Made by a program: the position numbers and the translations under genes
The notes under the pieces: generated by a model
The model's database searches: none
Seen by the model: the letters and a program-made list of their open reading frames with translations, nothing else
What the model was told of the DNA's origin: nothing
Shown here: positions 15,146-25,380 of the stretch, piece by piece
Layout: each line of letters opens with the position of its first letter
How positions within the stretch are numbered: position 1 is the first letter of the stretch
Source of the DNA: Candidatus Woesearchaeota archaeon
GTDB taxonomy: Archaea; Nanobdellota; Nanobdellia; Woesearchaeales; JAFGPW01
Direction: 5' to 3'
Assembly: GCA_016935985.1 (NCBI GenBank)
Contig: JAFGPW010000004.1
Location: 152,752 to 216,751, forward strand
Length of the DNA: 64,000 nucleotides

Positions 15146-17593
15146 GTGGTGCGGACAATGGAACTTCAGAAATGGTATGACATCGCGGCCGAGGAGGCGA
15201 AGTGGCAGGCATTCTGGGAGGAGAAGAAGATATTCAGGTTCGACCCCGACGGCACGGGAGAGGTCTTTGCCGTCGACACCCCGCCGCCGACGGTCTCGGG
15301 CAAGATGCACCTCGGGCACGCGTTCTCCTATGCCCAGCAGGATTTCGTGGTCCGCTACCGGCGCATGCGCGGCATGCATGTCTACTTCCCGTTCGGCACG
15401 GACGACAACGGCCTTCCCACCCTGCGCCTGATCGAGAAGACGAAAGGGGTCAAGGCAGAAAAGATGGGGCGCGAGAGGTTCCGTAAGCTCTGCGTAGAGA
15501 CGCTCGAGAACGATCTCCGGCCCGGCTATATCAAGGACTGGAAGCGCATCGCGATGAGCTGCGACTTCGACTCCTTCTACACCACGATCAACAACCACTG
15601 CCGGCGCATCTCCCAGAAGTCCTTCATCGACCTTTACAAGGCGGGCCGCGAGTACCGGAAGGAAGCGCCGGCCATGTACTGCACCGAGTGCAGGACCGCG
15701 ATCTCCCAGGTCGAGCTCCAGGACGCTGAGCTCGACTCCTTCTTCAACGACATCGTCTTCGAGCTGGAGGACGGAAGCGACCTCATCATCGCGACGACCA
15801 GGCCCGAACTGCTCCCCGCCTGCGTCGCCATATTCGCGCATCCTGAGGACGAGCGCTACGCCAAGCTCTTCGGGAAGAGGGCGAAGGTCCCGCTCTTCGA
15901 CTTCTGGGTGCCGATCATGCCGTCCCCTCGCGCGGACCCTGAGAAGGGGACCGGCATCCTGATGTGCTGCACCTTCGGGGACCAGGATGACGTCGAGCAC
16001 TATCTCGAGCACAAGCTGCCGCTGAAGGTCGCGATCGACGGCGAGGGGAACATGACGGATCTCGCGGGAAGCTACAAGGGCATGAGCGTGAGCATCGCGC
16101 GCAGGATGATCATCGAGGACCTCAAGGGCCGGCGCAAGCTCCTCTCCCAGACGCCGATCAGGCACACGGTGAACGTGCACGAGCGCTGCGGCACCGAAGT
16201 GCAGATCCTCAACTCCAAGCAGTGGTTCATCAGGTATCTCGACCTCAAGGAGCAGATGCTCGCGTGGGGGCGGGAGCTCAACTGGTATCCCAACCACATG
16301 CGCGTCAGGTACGAGAACTGGGTGAACGGCCTCAGGTGGGACTGGTGCATCTCGCGGCAGATCTACTTCGGCATCCCCTTCCCGGTCTGGTACTGCGCCA
16401 AGTGCGAGGCCGTCATCCTGGCGCGCGAGGAGGACCTGCCGGTCGATCCGATAACTGACAGGCCGCCGGTGACAAAATGCCCGAAGTGCGGGCATGGCGA
16501 ATTCGTCCCCGAGACCGACATCATCAACACGTGGGCGACCTCCAGCCTGACGCCGCAGATAGCCGCAGACCTCTATAAGGGCCATCCCATTCACCAGAGG
16601 CTGTATCCGATGAGCATGCGGCCGCAGGCGCACGACATCATCACGTTCTGGCTGTTCAACACCGTGGTGAAGAGCAGGCTCCACAACGGCGTCAACCCAT
16701 GGAAGGACTGCGTGATCTCCGGCCATGCCCTCGACCCGAGGGGGAAGAAGATGAGCAAGAGCAAGGGCAATGTCGTCGAGCCGCAGAAGGTGATGGATGA
16801 GTACGGCGCCGACTGCCTGCGGTTCTGGGCTGCCTCGAGCAAGCTCGGTGAGGACCTGCCGTTCATGGAAAAAGACCTCGTCACCGGGCGGAAGTTCATT
16901 ACCAAGCTCTGGAACGCATCGAGGTTCGCGCTGATGCACCTCGGCGGCTATGCCGGCGCGCGGCCGAAGCGCCTCGCTCCGATCGATGCGTGGCTCCTCT
17001 CACGGCTGCACCGCCTCATCAAGGGGGCGACCGAGTCGTTCGAGAGGTATGAGTACGCGCGCACCAGGCTCGAGACCGAGAAGTTCTTCTGGCAGGTCTT
17101 CTGCGACAATTACCTCGAGTTCGTGAAAGAGCGGCTCTATAACAGCGAGGCCTTTGGCCCCGACGAAGTGCTCTCGGCGAAGTACACGCTCTACCAAGCG
17201 AACCTCGCGATCATCAAGCTGATGGCGCCGATCATGCCGCACATCACGGAAGCGGTCTTCCAGCTCTACTACGCCAAGCACGAGAACGAGAAGAGCATCC
17301 ATCTCTCCCAATGGCCCGCCTACGACGCGAAGCTGGTCGACGAGAAGGCGGAGAAGGCAGGCGACCTCGCGGTCGTGATAGTGGGGGCAGTGCGCCGCCA
17401 CAAGTCTGAGAACGCGCTCTCGCTCAAGACCGAACTCGCGATGATCACCGTCGAATGCACCAAGCAGGAGGAGGCGCTGCTGAGCGGGATCGAGAAAGAC
17501 CTCCTCGGCGTCACGAAGGCGAGGCGGATCGCGTTCGGCAAGGCGGATCAGGATATCCCTGACACCGCGCTCAGGATCTCTATCGAGCAGTAG
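15146..17593 (+). CDS. valS: Valyl-tRNA synthetase
   Basis: Class I HIGH (MHLGHAF) and KMSKS (KMSKSKGN) motifs, an editing domain, and 815 aa. Confidence 0.9.
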   Translation: MVRTMELQKWYDIAAEEAKWQAFWEEKKIFRFDPDGTGEVFAVDTPPPTVSGKMHLGHAFSYAQQDFVVRYRRMRGMHVYFPFGTDDNGLPTLRLIEKTKGVKAEKMGRERFRKLCVETLENDLRPGYIKDWKRIAMSCDFDSFYTTINNHCRRISQKSFIDLYKAGREYRKEAPAMYCTECRTAISQVELQDAELDSFFNDIVFELEDGSDLIIATTRPELLPACVAIFAHPEDERYAKLFGKRAKVPLFDFWVPIMPSPRADPEKGTGILMCCTFGDQDDVEHYLEHKLPLKVAIDGEGNMTDLAGSYKGMSVSIARRMIIEDLKGRRKLLSQTPIRHTVNVHERCGTEVQILNSKQWFIRYLDLKEQMLAWGRELNWYPNHMRVRYENWVNGLRWDWCISRQIYFGIPFPVWYCAKCEAVILAREEDLPVDPITDRPPVTKCPKCGHGEFVPETDIINTWATSSLTPQIAADLYKGHPIHQRLYPMSMRPQAHDIITFWLFNTVVKSRLHNGVNPWKDCVISGHALDPRGKKMSKSKGNVVEPQKVMDEYGADCLRFWAASSKLGEDLPFMEKDLVTGRKFITKLWNASRFALMHLGGYAGARPKRLAPIDAWLLSRLHRLIKGATESFERYEYARTRLETEKFFWQVFCDNYLEFVKERLYNSEAFGPDEVLSAKYTLYQANLAIIKLMAPIMPHITEAVFQLYYAKHENEKSIHLSQWPAYDAKLVDEKAEKAGDLAVVIVGAVRRHKSENALSLKTELAMITVECTKQEEALLSGIEKDLLGVTKARRIAFGKADQDIPDTALRISIEQ

Positions 17594-17608
17594 GGAGAGA
17601 AAGGACGC

Positions 17609-19012
17609 TCAGGCGCGCTTCCAGCGCACGCCCGTCTTGCCGTCCTCGAGGATGATACCTTTCTCTTTCAGCTCGTCGCGGATCCGGTCGGCGGTCTTCC
17701 AGTCCCGCGCCACCCGCGCCTTCTCGCGCTCCTCTATCAGCGCCTCGACCGCCGCGCCTATAGTCACCTCCTCGAAGTCGAGGATGCCGAGCACGATGTC
17801 GAACCGTTCCATCTGGGCCCTGACCTCCTTGGCGTCAGCCTTCGAGAGCTTCCCGTCCTGGAGGAGCTTGTTCACCCCCTTCATGAACGAGAAGACCGCG
17901 GCGAGCGCCTCGGATATCGAGAGGTCGTCGTCCATCGCGTTGCGGAATCCGGTATCCGCCTCCCTCACGAGCGCGTCCGTCCCCTTCGCGCCTGTCCCGT
18001 GCGCCGCGTCCAGGTTCGTCAGGAAATCGCGGAACTTCTTGACAGTCGACTCCGCCGCCGCAAGGCCGTCCTCGGTGAAGTTGAGCGGCACCTTGTAGTG
18101 CGTCGCGAGCAGCAGGTAGCGTATCGCCTTCGGTGAGTGGCCCATCCTGAGCACGTCGCGGAGCGTGTAGAAGTTCCCGAGCGACTTGCTCATCTTCTTC
18201 CCCTCGACGAGCAGCCACTCGTTGTGCAGCCAGTAGTTGACGAACGCGTGCCCTGAGCAGCCCTCGCTCTGGGCGATCTCGTTCTCGTGGTGGGGGAAGA
18301 CGAGGTCGACGCCGCCGGTGTGGATGTCGAAGTGGTCGCCGAGGTACTCCGTCGACATCGCGCTGCACTCGATATGCCAGCCTGGCCTGCCGGGCCCCCA
18401 TGGCGAGTCCCACTTCACGTCGCCGTCGTCCTTCGTGTACGCCTTCCAGAGCGCGAAGTCATTCGCCGATTCCTTCTCGTACTCGTCCTGCGTCACTCGC
18501 GCCCCCGCCTTCAGCCGGTCGACGTGGATCCGCGAGAGCTTGCCGTAGCCCTTGAACTTGCGGACATTATAGTAGACGCACCCGTCATCGCCGAGGTAGG
18601 CGATGCCCTTGTCCATCAGCCCCTTGATGATCAAGAACATCTGCTCCAGGTGCTCGGTCGCCTTCGGGAAGATGTCAGCCGGGTCGATGTTGAGCGTTTT
18701 AAGGTCCTCGAAGAACGCCTTGATGTACCTCTCGGTATACTGCTTGAGCGGAATCCCCTCTCTCTGGCTTCCCCGGATCGTCTTGTCATCCACGTCGGTG
18801 AGGTTCATCACATGCCGCACCGCATAGCCGAGGTAGGTCAGGTAGCGCTTGAGGACGTCGGCTGCCATGTACGCCCTGAAGTTCCCGACATGGGCGTAGT
18901 CGTAGACCGTCGGGCCGCAGGTGTACATCCTGACTTTCCCTTTCTCGATCTCCCTGAACGGTTCCTTCTTCCGCGAGAGCGTGTTATAGAGCATGAGCGC
19001 CATGTGCTTCAC
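17609..19012 (-). CDS. cysS: Cysteinyl-tRNA synthetase
   Basis: HIGH-like (HVGN) and KMSKS (KMSKSLGN) motifs, Zn-ligand cysteines and 467 aa. Confidence 0.9.
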   Translation of the reverse strand: MKHMALMLYNTLSRKKEPFREIEKGKVRMYTCGPTVYDYAHVGNFRAYMAADVLKRYLTYLGYAVRHVMNLTDVDDKTIRGSQREGIPLKQYTERYIKAFFEDLKTLNIDPADIFPKATEHLEQMFLIIKGLMDKGIAYLGDDGCVYYNVRKFKGYGKLSRIHVDRLKAGARVTQDEYEKESANDFALWKAYTKDDGDVKWDSPWGPGRPGWHIECSAMSTEYLGDHFDIHTGGVDLVFPHHENEIAQSEGCSGHAFVNYWLHNEWLLVEGKKMSKSLGNFYTLRDVLRMGHSPKAIRYLLLATHYKVPLNFTEDGLAAAESTVKKFRDFLTNLDAAHGTGAKGTDALVREADTGFRNAMDDDLSISEALAAVFSFMKGVNKLLQDGKLSKADAKEVRAQMERFDIVLGILDFEEVTIGAAVEALIEEREKARVARDWKTADRIRDELKEKGIILEDGKTGVRWKRA

Positions 19013-19704
19013 CTGCGTGCGGACCTCTTCACCACGAAGAGCGCGTGGTCCTTCTCGAACGGGTCGAGCTCCCGGTGGTCGACCACGGTTATCCTCTGCT
19101 CGAGCTCCTTGAGGACCGTCCGGTACAGCTGCTTCGGCTTCTTGGTGACGTCGATCGAGCGCGCCTTGACGCAGAGGACGGCGAAGCCCTCATCCTTGAG
19201 GAAGAGGTCACAGTTCTTGAGGAAGATCCGCACCTGGTCCTTCTGCGCGACGTCCATGTAGACGAAGTCGGCGAGGCAGACGCGCCGCGCGAGCTCCTTC
19301 GTGTCGTTCGCGTCGCAGAGGATGGGGACGACCGTCGGCCGCTTCTCTGCCATGAAGAGCAGGTCGCGCATGGTCCGGTACGCCATGTCGACCGCGAAGA
19401 CGAGGCCGCGCTTGCCGACGATGTCGGCGACGTGCGAGACAGTCGTCCCTGAGGCGGCGCCGAGGTAGAGGACATAGTCGCCTTCCCTGACCCCGATCTG
19501 GGATATCCCTTTCATGATGGCTGCCGCGAGCTTGCTCCGCGATGGGTCCCAGGAACGATACTCACTCTTGCCGTCCCTGAGGAGCTCTTCTCCGTAGACC
19601 GGCTCGCCAGGGACGAGGCTCTTCGTATAGAGCGCTTTCCGGTTCCCCTTTCTGCCGAGGAAGATGTTCGGGAACTTCTGCCCGAGCGGGCTCAGCTGCG
19701 GCAC
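19009..19704 (-). CDS. flpA: Fibrillarin-like rRNA/tRNA 2'-O-methyltransferase
   Basis: The SAM-MTase motif VLYLGAASGTTVSHVADIV, 231 aa, and a 13-nt overlap with the upstream nop5 gene. Confidence 0.9.
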   Translation of the reverse strand: MPQLSPLGQKFPNIFLGRKGNRKALYTKSLVPGEPVYGEELLRDGKSEYRSWDPSRSKLAAAIMKGISQIGVREGDYVLYLGAASGTTVSHVADIVGKRGLVFAVDMAYRTMRDLLFMAEKRPTVVPILCDANDTKELARRVCLADFVYMDVAQKDQVRIFLKNCDLFLKDEGFAVLCVKARSIDVTKKPKQLYRTVLKELEQRITVVDHRELDPFEKDHALFVVKRSARR

Positions 19705-20597
19705 AGCTTCACCTCCAGCTCCTCGTACAGGCGGTCGGCGACGTACGTGCCCTTGAAGTAGTCGACCCGCGCCGCGATCACGATCTTGTCGGCGAGCATC
19801 CTCGCCGCCCTGCCCTTGTCGCCCCGCTTCGCGCCGGAGACGAGCGGGTGCTGGGATATCAGGCCGTGCTTAGGTGGCGGCGCCTTGGTGCGCATGTGGC
19901 GAAAGAGCGCCTTCTCGGCGCCGAGCATCTGGAGCTTGGAGGCGGTCATGCGGACGATCGCGGCAAACGATCCCGCGTGCGCGAGCAGGCGGGCGCCGAC
20001 GGCGGCGCCGGCGAGGCGCGTGTAGTTCGGATAGAGCCGCTCCATGCCGGTCTTGATATACTCTGCCTGACACCTCTTGACATCAGCGAGCGAGACGATC
20101 ACTTCGGCGAGGGAGCGCACCGCACGGTCGTCGGCCTCCGGGAGGCCTACGCCGAGCGAGGAGCTATCGTCCATGCCGAGTGAGGCGAGAAGCTCGCTGC
20201 GCGAGGACCCTGCGATCCGCTTCGCGAGCGTCTCTGCTGCTGGTATCGCCTCGACGAGCTCGGGAAGCGTGATTGCGTACCATTCGGCGAGGCGCTTCCC
20301 CAGGAGGCCCATCGCCTTGTCGATCTCCTCGAGCAGGTGGGCGGCGTGGATGAGGAGGATGTCGTCATAGTGATGCCCCTTGATTGCTCTCCGGGTCTGC
20401 GCGGTGTTGGTGGTCCGGAACCGGTGAGCCGGCACTTGCGAGCGGAGCGCCGCAAGGAATTCGCGCAGGTGGCCTTCTGGCAAAGGGGGGAGGCCTTCTG
20501 TTCCTCTCACGCCGTCTGCCCCGACGATCGAGCCGTCGCCCGCCACCGCGTACGCGCCCGAGAGGTGGTTGAAACGGTATCTTGGTGCTGTCGCCAT
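19692..20597 (-). CDS. nop5: Nop5/Nop56/58 C/D box snoRNP protein (short form)
   Basis: The NOP domain (KALFRHMRTKAPPPKHGLISQHPLV..GKGRAARMLA..ARVDYF). The start is placed at the Met leaderless to a TATA-like box at ~20622-20633, and the upstream ORF-track extension is rejected. Confidence 0.75.
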   Translation of the reverse strand: MATAPRYRFNHLSGAYAVAGDGSIVGADGVRGTEGLPPLPEGHLREFLAALRSQVPAHRFRTTNTAQTRRAIKGHHYDDILLIHAAHLLEEIDKAMGLLGKRLAEWYAITLPELVEAIPAAETLAKRIAGSSRSELLASLGMDDSSSLGVGLPEADDRAVRSLAEVIVSLADVKRCQAEYIKTGMERLYPNYTRLAGAAVGARLLAHAGSFAAIVRMTASKLQMLGAEKALFRHMRTKAPPPKHGLISQHPLVSGAKRGDKGRAARMLADKIVIAARVDYFKGTYVADRLYEELEVKLCRS

Positions 20598-20639
20598 GGG
20601 CCTTGCGGAAGACCTCCTGCCTATATTATCTTTTCGCAA

Positions 20640-20896
20640 TAGGGGAGGAGCCCCCAACAATAGACCGCTCGTATGCTTCTTGGCAGATATAGAATTAAAG
20701 CAGATATTGACCTTTTTTAGACAAAAGAAAGCAAATTTTATCTTATTTATACTTACATTGTAAGTAGAAAAATCAAGCGAAATGGCTCGACAGCATGATG
20801 AAGTACGCGCAAATGGAAAGATTTATATATTTCATACCACCTTAGTATATCAATTCGTATATTGATTGGGTTTACCAATCAAGTATCCGAGAAAAA
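20640..20896. promoter_or_regulatory. AT-rich (~30% GC) divergent promoter region with three inverted repeats (CTTACAttGTAAG; ATCAATtcgtatATTGAT; TTGATTGGgtttaCCAATCAA)
   Basis: Read directly from the sequence. It separates nop5 (minus strand) from the glycoprotein gene (plus strand), and a TATA-like tttatatat lies at ~20820. Confidence 0.4.
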
Positions 20897-21769
20897 ATGA
20901 GAATTATACTGAAGCGACGGGACATCGCAGCCATGCTGCTCGCTCTCACCGCACTCTTCCTGGTCCCCTCAGCCCCTGACGCCCTCGCCGCGGTCACGAA
21001 CATCACCTTCACGGTCCACCTCACGGTCGGCAACTATCCGCCGACAATCGATTGGATTGTCACTGTCCCCGCCCAGGACCCGACCGAAGCTGCCAACACC
21101 ACGTTCTACGTCTGGTACAACGTCTCCGATCCTGACGGCGCCGGAACCATCAACAACAACACCGCCGAGGTCGTGATCAACCGGTCCGGCGTCTCGCTCA
21201 CCGCGATCAGCTGCTCGAACGCCACGATCAACGGCACCATGCAGACAATCAACTGCACCATGGAGATCGAGTATTACCGGAACGCCGGCGGCTGGGACAT
21301 CAACGTCTCTATCAGGGACATCAGCTCGGCGTTCGCGAACGACACATCCAACTCCTTCACGTACAACATGCTCTCCGCGCTCTGGATGAACACGACTGCG
21401 ATTAGCTTCGGGAGCGTCAACATCGGCCAGACGAACGTCGCGCCGAACTCCTCTCTCGTGCTCAACAATACGGGGAACGTCGACTTCACCGAGGTCAACA
21501 TAACGGCGTACGACCTCGTCGGCTTCACGAACCCCAGCTACTCGATCGCAGCCGACAACTTCACCGTCCGCCTGAACGCATCGACCCTCGGCGGCGATGT
21601 TCTCGACAACGTGACGAACACGACGGTCACCGGCGCGACGGTGCCGCACGGCGCGCCGCCGGCATCGAACGAATCGCTCTGGATCTACATCAACCAGGTC
21701 CCCGGCGGCCTGATCTCGCAGGACTACAACACCACAAACTCTCTCGATTGGTGGGTCCTCGTCGGATAA
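20897..21769 (+). CDS. Secreted protein with a Sec signal peptide and about 20 N-x-S/T sequons in 290 aa (predicted heavily N-glycosylated surface protein)
   Basis: The signal peptide is MRIILKRRDIAAMLLALTALFLVPSAPDALAA. The sequon count was made by eye. Confidence 0.6.
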   Translation: MRIILKRRDIAAMLLALTALFLVPSAPDALAAVTNITFTVHLTVGNYPPTIDWIVTVPAQDPTEAANTTFYVWYNVSDPDGAGTINNNTAEVVINRSGVSLTAISCSNATINGTMQTINCTMEIEYYRNAGGWDINVSIRDISSAFANDTSNSFTYNMLSALWMNTTAISFGSVNIGQTNVAPNSSLVLNNTGNVDFTEVNITAYDLVGFTNPSYSIAADNFTVRLNASTLGGDVLDNVTNTTVTGATVPHGAPPASNESLWIYINQVPGGLISQDYNTTNSLDWWVLVG

Positions 21770-21771
21770 GC

Positions 21772-22365
21772 ATGATGGTCTTTGGATACCAAACCCTGGC
21801 GCTACTCTGCACGCTCATCCTGGCGGCAATCCCGTCCGCTGTGGCTATTGGGGTCGCCGCCGACTACCTCGAGGGCGACGTTCTCGAGCTGCCGCAGGGC
21901 GGCTGGACGACGTATGGTATCAGGCTCCAGAACCCGACGTCGGGGACCTATGAGGTCGAGCTCGACTACGACGATTCCCTCGGGACAGTCATCGGCGGGC
22001 AGAAGCGCTTCATCCTCGAGCCCCAGACATACAGGAACGCGGTCACCTTCAACATCACTGGCCCGCCGGGAGCCCGGCCGGGCGACGAGTTCACCTTCTT
22101 CTACTCTATGGTGCCAATCGTCCAGCCCGATTCGGGGGCGATCTCCATCAAGACCCGGGTCGGCAACCGGTTCACGCTGCGGATCGTGGGGAATCCTGAC
22201 CTCATCCCTCCGGACGGGGAGCAAGCCTCATCCGGCGCAGCGACGGCGAACCCGTGGCTGCTCGTGGGCATCCTCGTCCTCGCGTCGGGAATCGCGTACG
22301 TCCTCGCCGGCAGGACCGTCAGCGACGGCGGACCCCTTCCTAGGCAAAAGCGAAGGATTAAATAG
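21772..22365 (+). CDS. Secreted protein with a C-terminal TM anchor and basic tail; second gene of the glycoprotein pair
   Basis: N-terminal hydrophobic signal MMVFGYQTLALLCTLILAAIPSAVA; C-terminal LLVGILVLASGIAYVLAG then RQKRRIK. The ATG lies 3 nt after the upstream stop codon. Confidence 0.55.
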   Translation: MMVFGYQTLALLCTLILAAIPSAVAIGVAADYLEGDVLELPQGGWTTYGIRLQNPTSGTYEVELDYDDSLGTVIGGQKRFILEPQTYRNAVTFNITGPPGARPGDEFTFFYSMVPIVQPDSGAISIKTRVGNRFTLRIVGNPDLIPPDGEQASSGAATANPWLLVGILVLASGIAYVLAGRTVSDGGPLPRQKRRIK

Positions 22366-22386
22366 GCCGCATCCCTCCTTCGGGCC

Positions 22387-23109
22387 ATGGCGAGGATCGC
22401 GAGGGAGAGGTGGAAGACCAGGGACGCGGTCTTCGACCAGTTCACGCTGCGCACCCTGTTCAGGCTCTCGGCGACGCTCGGCCTCTCAGAGGACATAAGC
22501 CCGATGAAGATCGGCAAGGAGGCGAATGTCTTCTCGGCGAGGACGGACGACCGGACGGTCGCGATCAAGATCTACCGGCTCGAGACATGCGACTTCAACC
22601 GCATGTACGACTACATCAGGTACGACCCCCGTTACGCGCACCTCAAGAACAACCGCCGCAAGACCATCTTCGCCTGGACGCAGCGCGAGTTCCGCAACCT
22701 GCAGAAGGCGCACGCCGCCGGCGTCACCGTCCCCCAGCCGTATGCGTTCTCGAACAATATCGTGGCGATGCAGTTCATCGGCGGGAGCGAGCCTGCCCCG
22801 CAGCTCAAGGACGCGCGGCCCTTGGACCCTGACAGGTTCTTCGCTGACACAGTCTCGTCGCTCCAGCTGCTCTACCGCGCCGGCCTCGTGCACGGCGATC
22901 TCTCCACATTCAACATCCTCAACGACGATGAGCGGCCGGTGCTGATCGACTTCTCCCAGGCGACACCGACGAACAGCGCGCGCGCCGACGAGCTCCTCGC
23001 AAGGGACGCGAAGAATCTCGCCGGATACTTCGCCAAGCTCGGCATACGGACCGACCCCGCCTCGTTCGCAGACAGGGTGCGGGCATCGGGGCCCATCCAC
23101 AAGATTTAA
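22387..23109 (+). CDS. rio1: RIO-type serine/threonine protein kinase (Rio1)
   Basis: RIO domain motifs: the VAIKIYR lysine, the catalytic loop LVHGDLSTFNIL, and DFSQA. Confidence 0.85.
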   Translation: MARIARERWKTRDAVFDQFTLRTLFRLSATLGLSEDISPMKIGKEANVFSARTDDRTVAIKIYRLETCDFNRMYDYIRYDPRYAHLKNNRRKTIFAWTQREFRNLQKAHAAGVTVPQPYAFSNNIVAMQFIGGSEPAPQLKDARPLDPDRFFADTVSSLQLLYRAGLVHGDLSTFNILNDDERPVLIDFSQATPTNSARADELLARDAKNLAGYFAKLGIRTDPASFADRVRASGPIHKI

Positions 23110-23134
23110 AAAAGGGGTTCGATTTGCCAGGGGC

Positions 23135-23704
23135 ATGACCCGGTTTTCCTATGAGCTCAAGGTCCCGAGAGAACGTATCGCGGTCCTCATCGGCAAGAAC
23201 GGCGAGGTGAAGCGGCAGCTCGAGGAGCTCACCCGTTCGACCATCAGGGTTGACTCCGAGGAAGGGGACGTCTTCGTCGAGGGCGACGATGCGCTCTCGC
23301 TCTACACCACGCGCGAGATAATCCAGGCGGTCTCCCGCGGCTTCAACCCTGAGGTGGCGACGCTCCTCCTCAAGCAGGACTACGCCCTCGAGATACTCTC
23401 CATCGCCGACTTCGCGAAGACCAAGAACCATCTGGTGCGGATCAAGGGACGCATTATAGGGAGCGAGGGGAAGGCCCGGCGGGCCATCGAGGCGCTCACC
23501 GACGCCCACATCTCGGTGTACGGCAAGACCGTCGCGATCATCGGCGAGACCGAGGCGGCACTCTACGCCAAGCGGGCGATCGAGATGCTGCTCTCGGGCA
23601 GCCCGCACACGAACGTCTACAAGATGCTCGAGAAGCGTCGCAAGGAGATGAAGCTGAAATGGATGCTGCCGCGGGACGATGGTAAGGGGGACGAAGAGCC
23701 ATGA
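23135..23704 (+). CDS. KH-domain RNA-binding protein (Dim2/Pno1-like partner of Rio kinase)
   Basis: Two KH-like segments with GKNG/GSEG loops ([17 protein letters not shown]), placed immediately after rio1. Confidence 0.7.
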   Translation: MTRFSYELKVPRERIAVLIGKNGEVKRQLEELTRSTIRVDSEEGDVFVEGDDALSLYTTREIIQAVSRGFNPEVATLLLKQDYALEILSIADFAKTKNHLVRIKGRIIGSEGKARRAIEALTDAHISVYGKTVAIIGETEAALYAKRAIEMLLSGSPHTNVYKMLEKRRKEMKLKWMLPRDDGKGDEEP

Positions 23705-25380
23705 GCGCTGATATGGACAGCATCAAGACGAAGGCGCAGGAGATGGCGACCAAGCAGCGCGAGATATCGGTCGCCGAGTTCTTCGCCAAGAACCGCCACC
23801 TGCTCGGCTTCGACAACAAACGCAAGGCCCTGATGACGACGGTGAAGGAGGCGGTCGACAACTCGCTCGACGCGTGCGAGGAGGCAGGGATACTCCCTGA
23901 GGTCTCTATCGATATCATCGACATGAAGGAGGACCGGTACCGGATCATCGTCGAGGACAACGGGCCGGGCATCGTCAAGCAGCAGATTCCGAAGATCTTC
24001 GCGAAACTCCTCTATGGCAGCAAGTTCCACCGGCTGAAGATGAGCCGCGGCCAGCAGGGGATCGGCATCTCGGCGTCGGTCATGTACGCCCAGATGACGA
24101 CCGGCAGGCCCGCGAAGATCGTCTCCAAGATCCACCCGAACGAGCCGGCACACTACTACGAGCTCCATATCGATACCGAGAAGAACCGGCCCGACATCGT
24201 CAAGGAAGACACGGTCGAGTGGGCGAAGGAGCACGGGACCAAGATTGAGCTCGACCTCGAAGGCACCTACCAGGTTGGGAACCAGTCGGTCGACGAGTAC
24301 CTCAAGGAGACCGCGATCACGAACCCCCATATCACCATCATCTACACCAATCCCAAGGCCCAGCAGCTGATATTCCCGCGCGCGACCGAGACGCTGCCCG
24401 ACGAGCCGAAGGAGATCGCGCCGCACCCGTACGGCGTCGAGCTCGGCATGCTCTTCAAGATGATGCAGCAGACGCAGTACCGGACGCTCCAGGCGTTCCT
24501 GACGAACGAGTTCTCGCGCGTCGGCGCGGGCACCGCGAAGCAGATTTGCGAGAACGCTGCGCTGCTCCCGAACGCCGCCCCCTCCAAGCTCTCGCGCGTG
24601 CAGGCGGAGCAGCTGCTCAAGGGGATCAACGCGACGAAGATCATGGCGCCGCCGACCGATTGCATCAGCCCGATCGGCGCCGACCCCCTTGAGAAGGGCC
24701 TGCGGAAGGAGATCAACGCCGAGTTCTACGCGACGACGACCCGGTCGCCGGCGGTCTATCGCGGCAATCCCTTCATCATCGAGGTGGGCATCGCCTACGG
24801 CGGCGACCAGCCGGGCGACACGCCGGTCAGGCTCATGCGGTTCGCGAACAGGGTGCCGCTCCTCTACCAGCAGGGCGCGTGCGTCATGAACAAGGCGACG
24901 GTCGGCACGGCCTGGCGGTCCTACGGCCTCTCCCAAAGCCAGGGGGCGCTTCCCGTCGGACCGATGACGATCATCATCCACATCGCGAGCGTATGGGTGC
25001 CGTTCACCTCGGAGTCGAAAGAGGCGATCGCGCACTACCCGGAGATCTACAAGGAGATGAGGCTCGCTCTCCAGGAGGTCGGGCGCAAGCTGTCGAGCTA
25101 CGTGAACCGGAAGAGGCGGGTGCGCGACGAGCTCAACAAGCGCTCGTTCATCGAGAAGTACATCCCGCATGTCGCTGAGGCGCTCAAGGAGCTCGTCGGC
25201 GCGAAGGGGTTTGACGGGCGCGCGGTCGAGGAGTCGCTCAAGAAGATCCTCGAGAAAAAGCGCGGCACGGTCGAGCCGCTGGAGTTCGACAAGGAGGCGA
25301 ACGTCGATTTCGACGAGGAGTTCGCGCGGATAGGGAAGGAAGGCGATGAGGAAGGAGAGGGAGGCGATGACGATGAGTGA
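23701..25380 (+). CDS. top6B: DNA topoisomerase VI subunit B
   Basis: GHKL ATPase Bergerat fold ([20 protein letters not shown]), 559 aa, and an acidic C-terminal tail. Confidence 0.9.
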   Translation: MSADMDSIKTKAQEMATKQREISVAEFFAKNRHLLGFDNKRKALMTTVKEAVDNSLDACEEAGILPEVSIDIIDMKEDRYRIIVEDNGPGIVKQQIPKIFAKLLYGSKFHRLKMSRGQQGIGISASVMYAQMTTGRPAKIVSKIHPNEPAHYYELHIDTEKNRPDIVKEDTVEWAKEHGTKIELDLEGTYQVGNQSVDEYLKETAITNPHITIIYTNPKAQQLIFPRATETLPDEPKEIAPHPYGVELGMLFKMMQQTQYRTLQAFLTNEFSRVGAGTAKQICENAALLPNAAPSKLSRVQAEQLLKGINATKIMAPPTDCISPIGADPLEKGLRKEINAEFYATTTRSPAVYRGNPFIIEVGIAYGGDQPGDTPVRLMRFANRVPLLYQQGACVMNKATVGTAWRSYGLSQSQGALPVGPMTIIIHIASVWVPFTSESKEAIAHYPEIYKEMRLALQEVGRKLSSYVNRKRRVRDELNKRSFIEKYIPHVAEALKELVGAKGFDGRAVEESLKKILEKKRGTVEPLEFDKEANVDFDEEFARIGKEGDEEGEGGDDDE

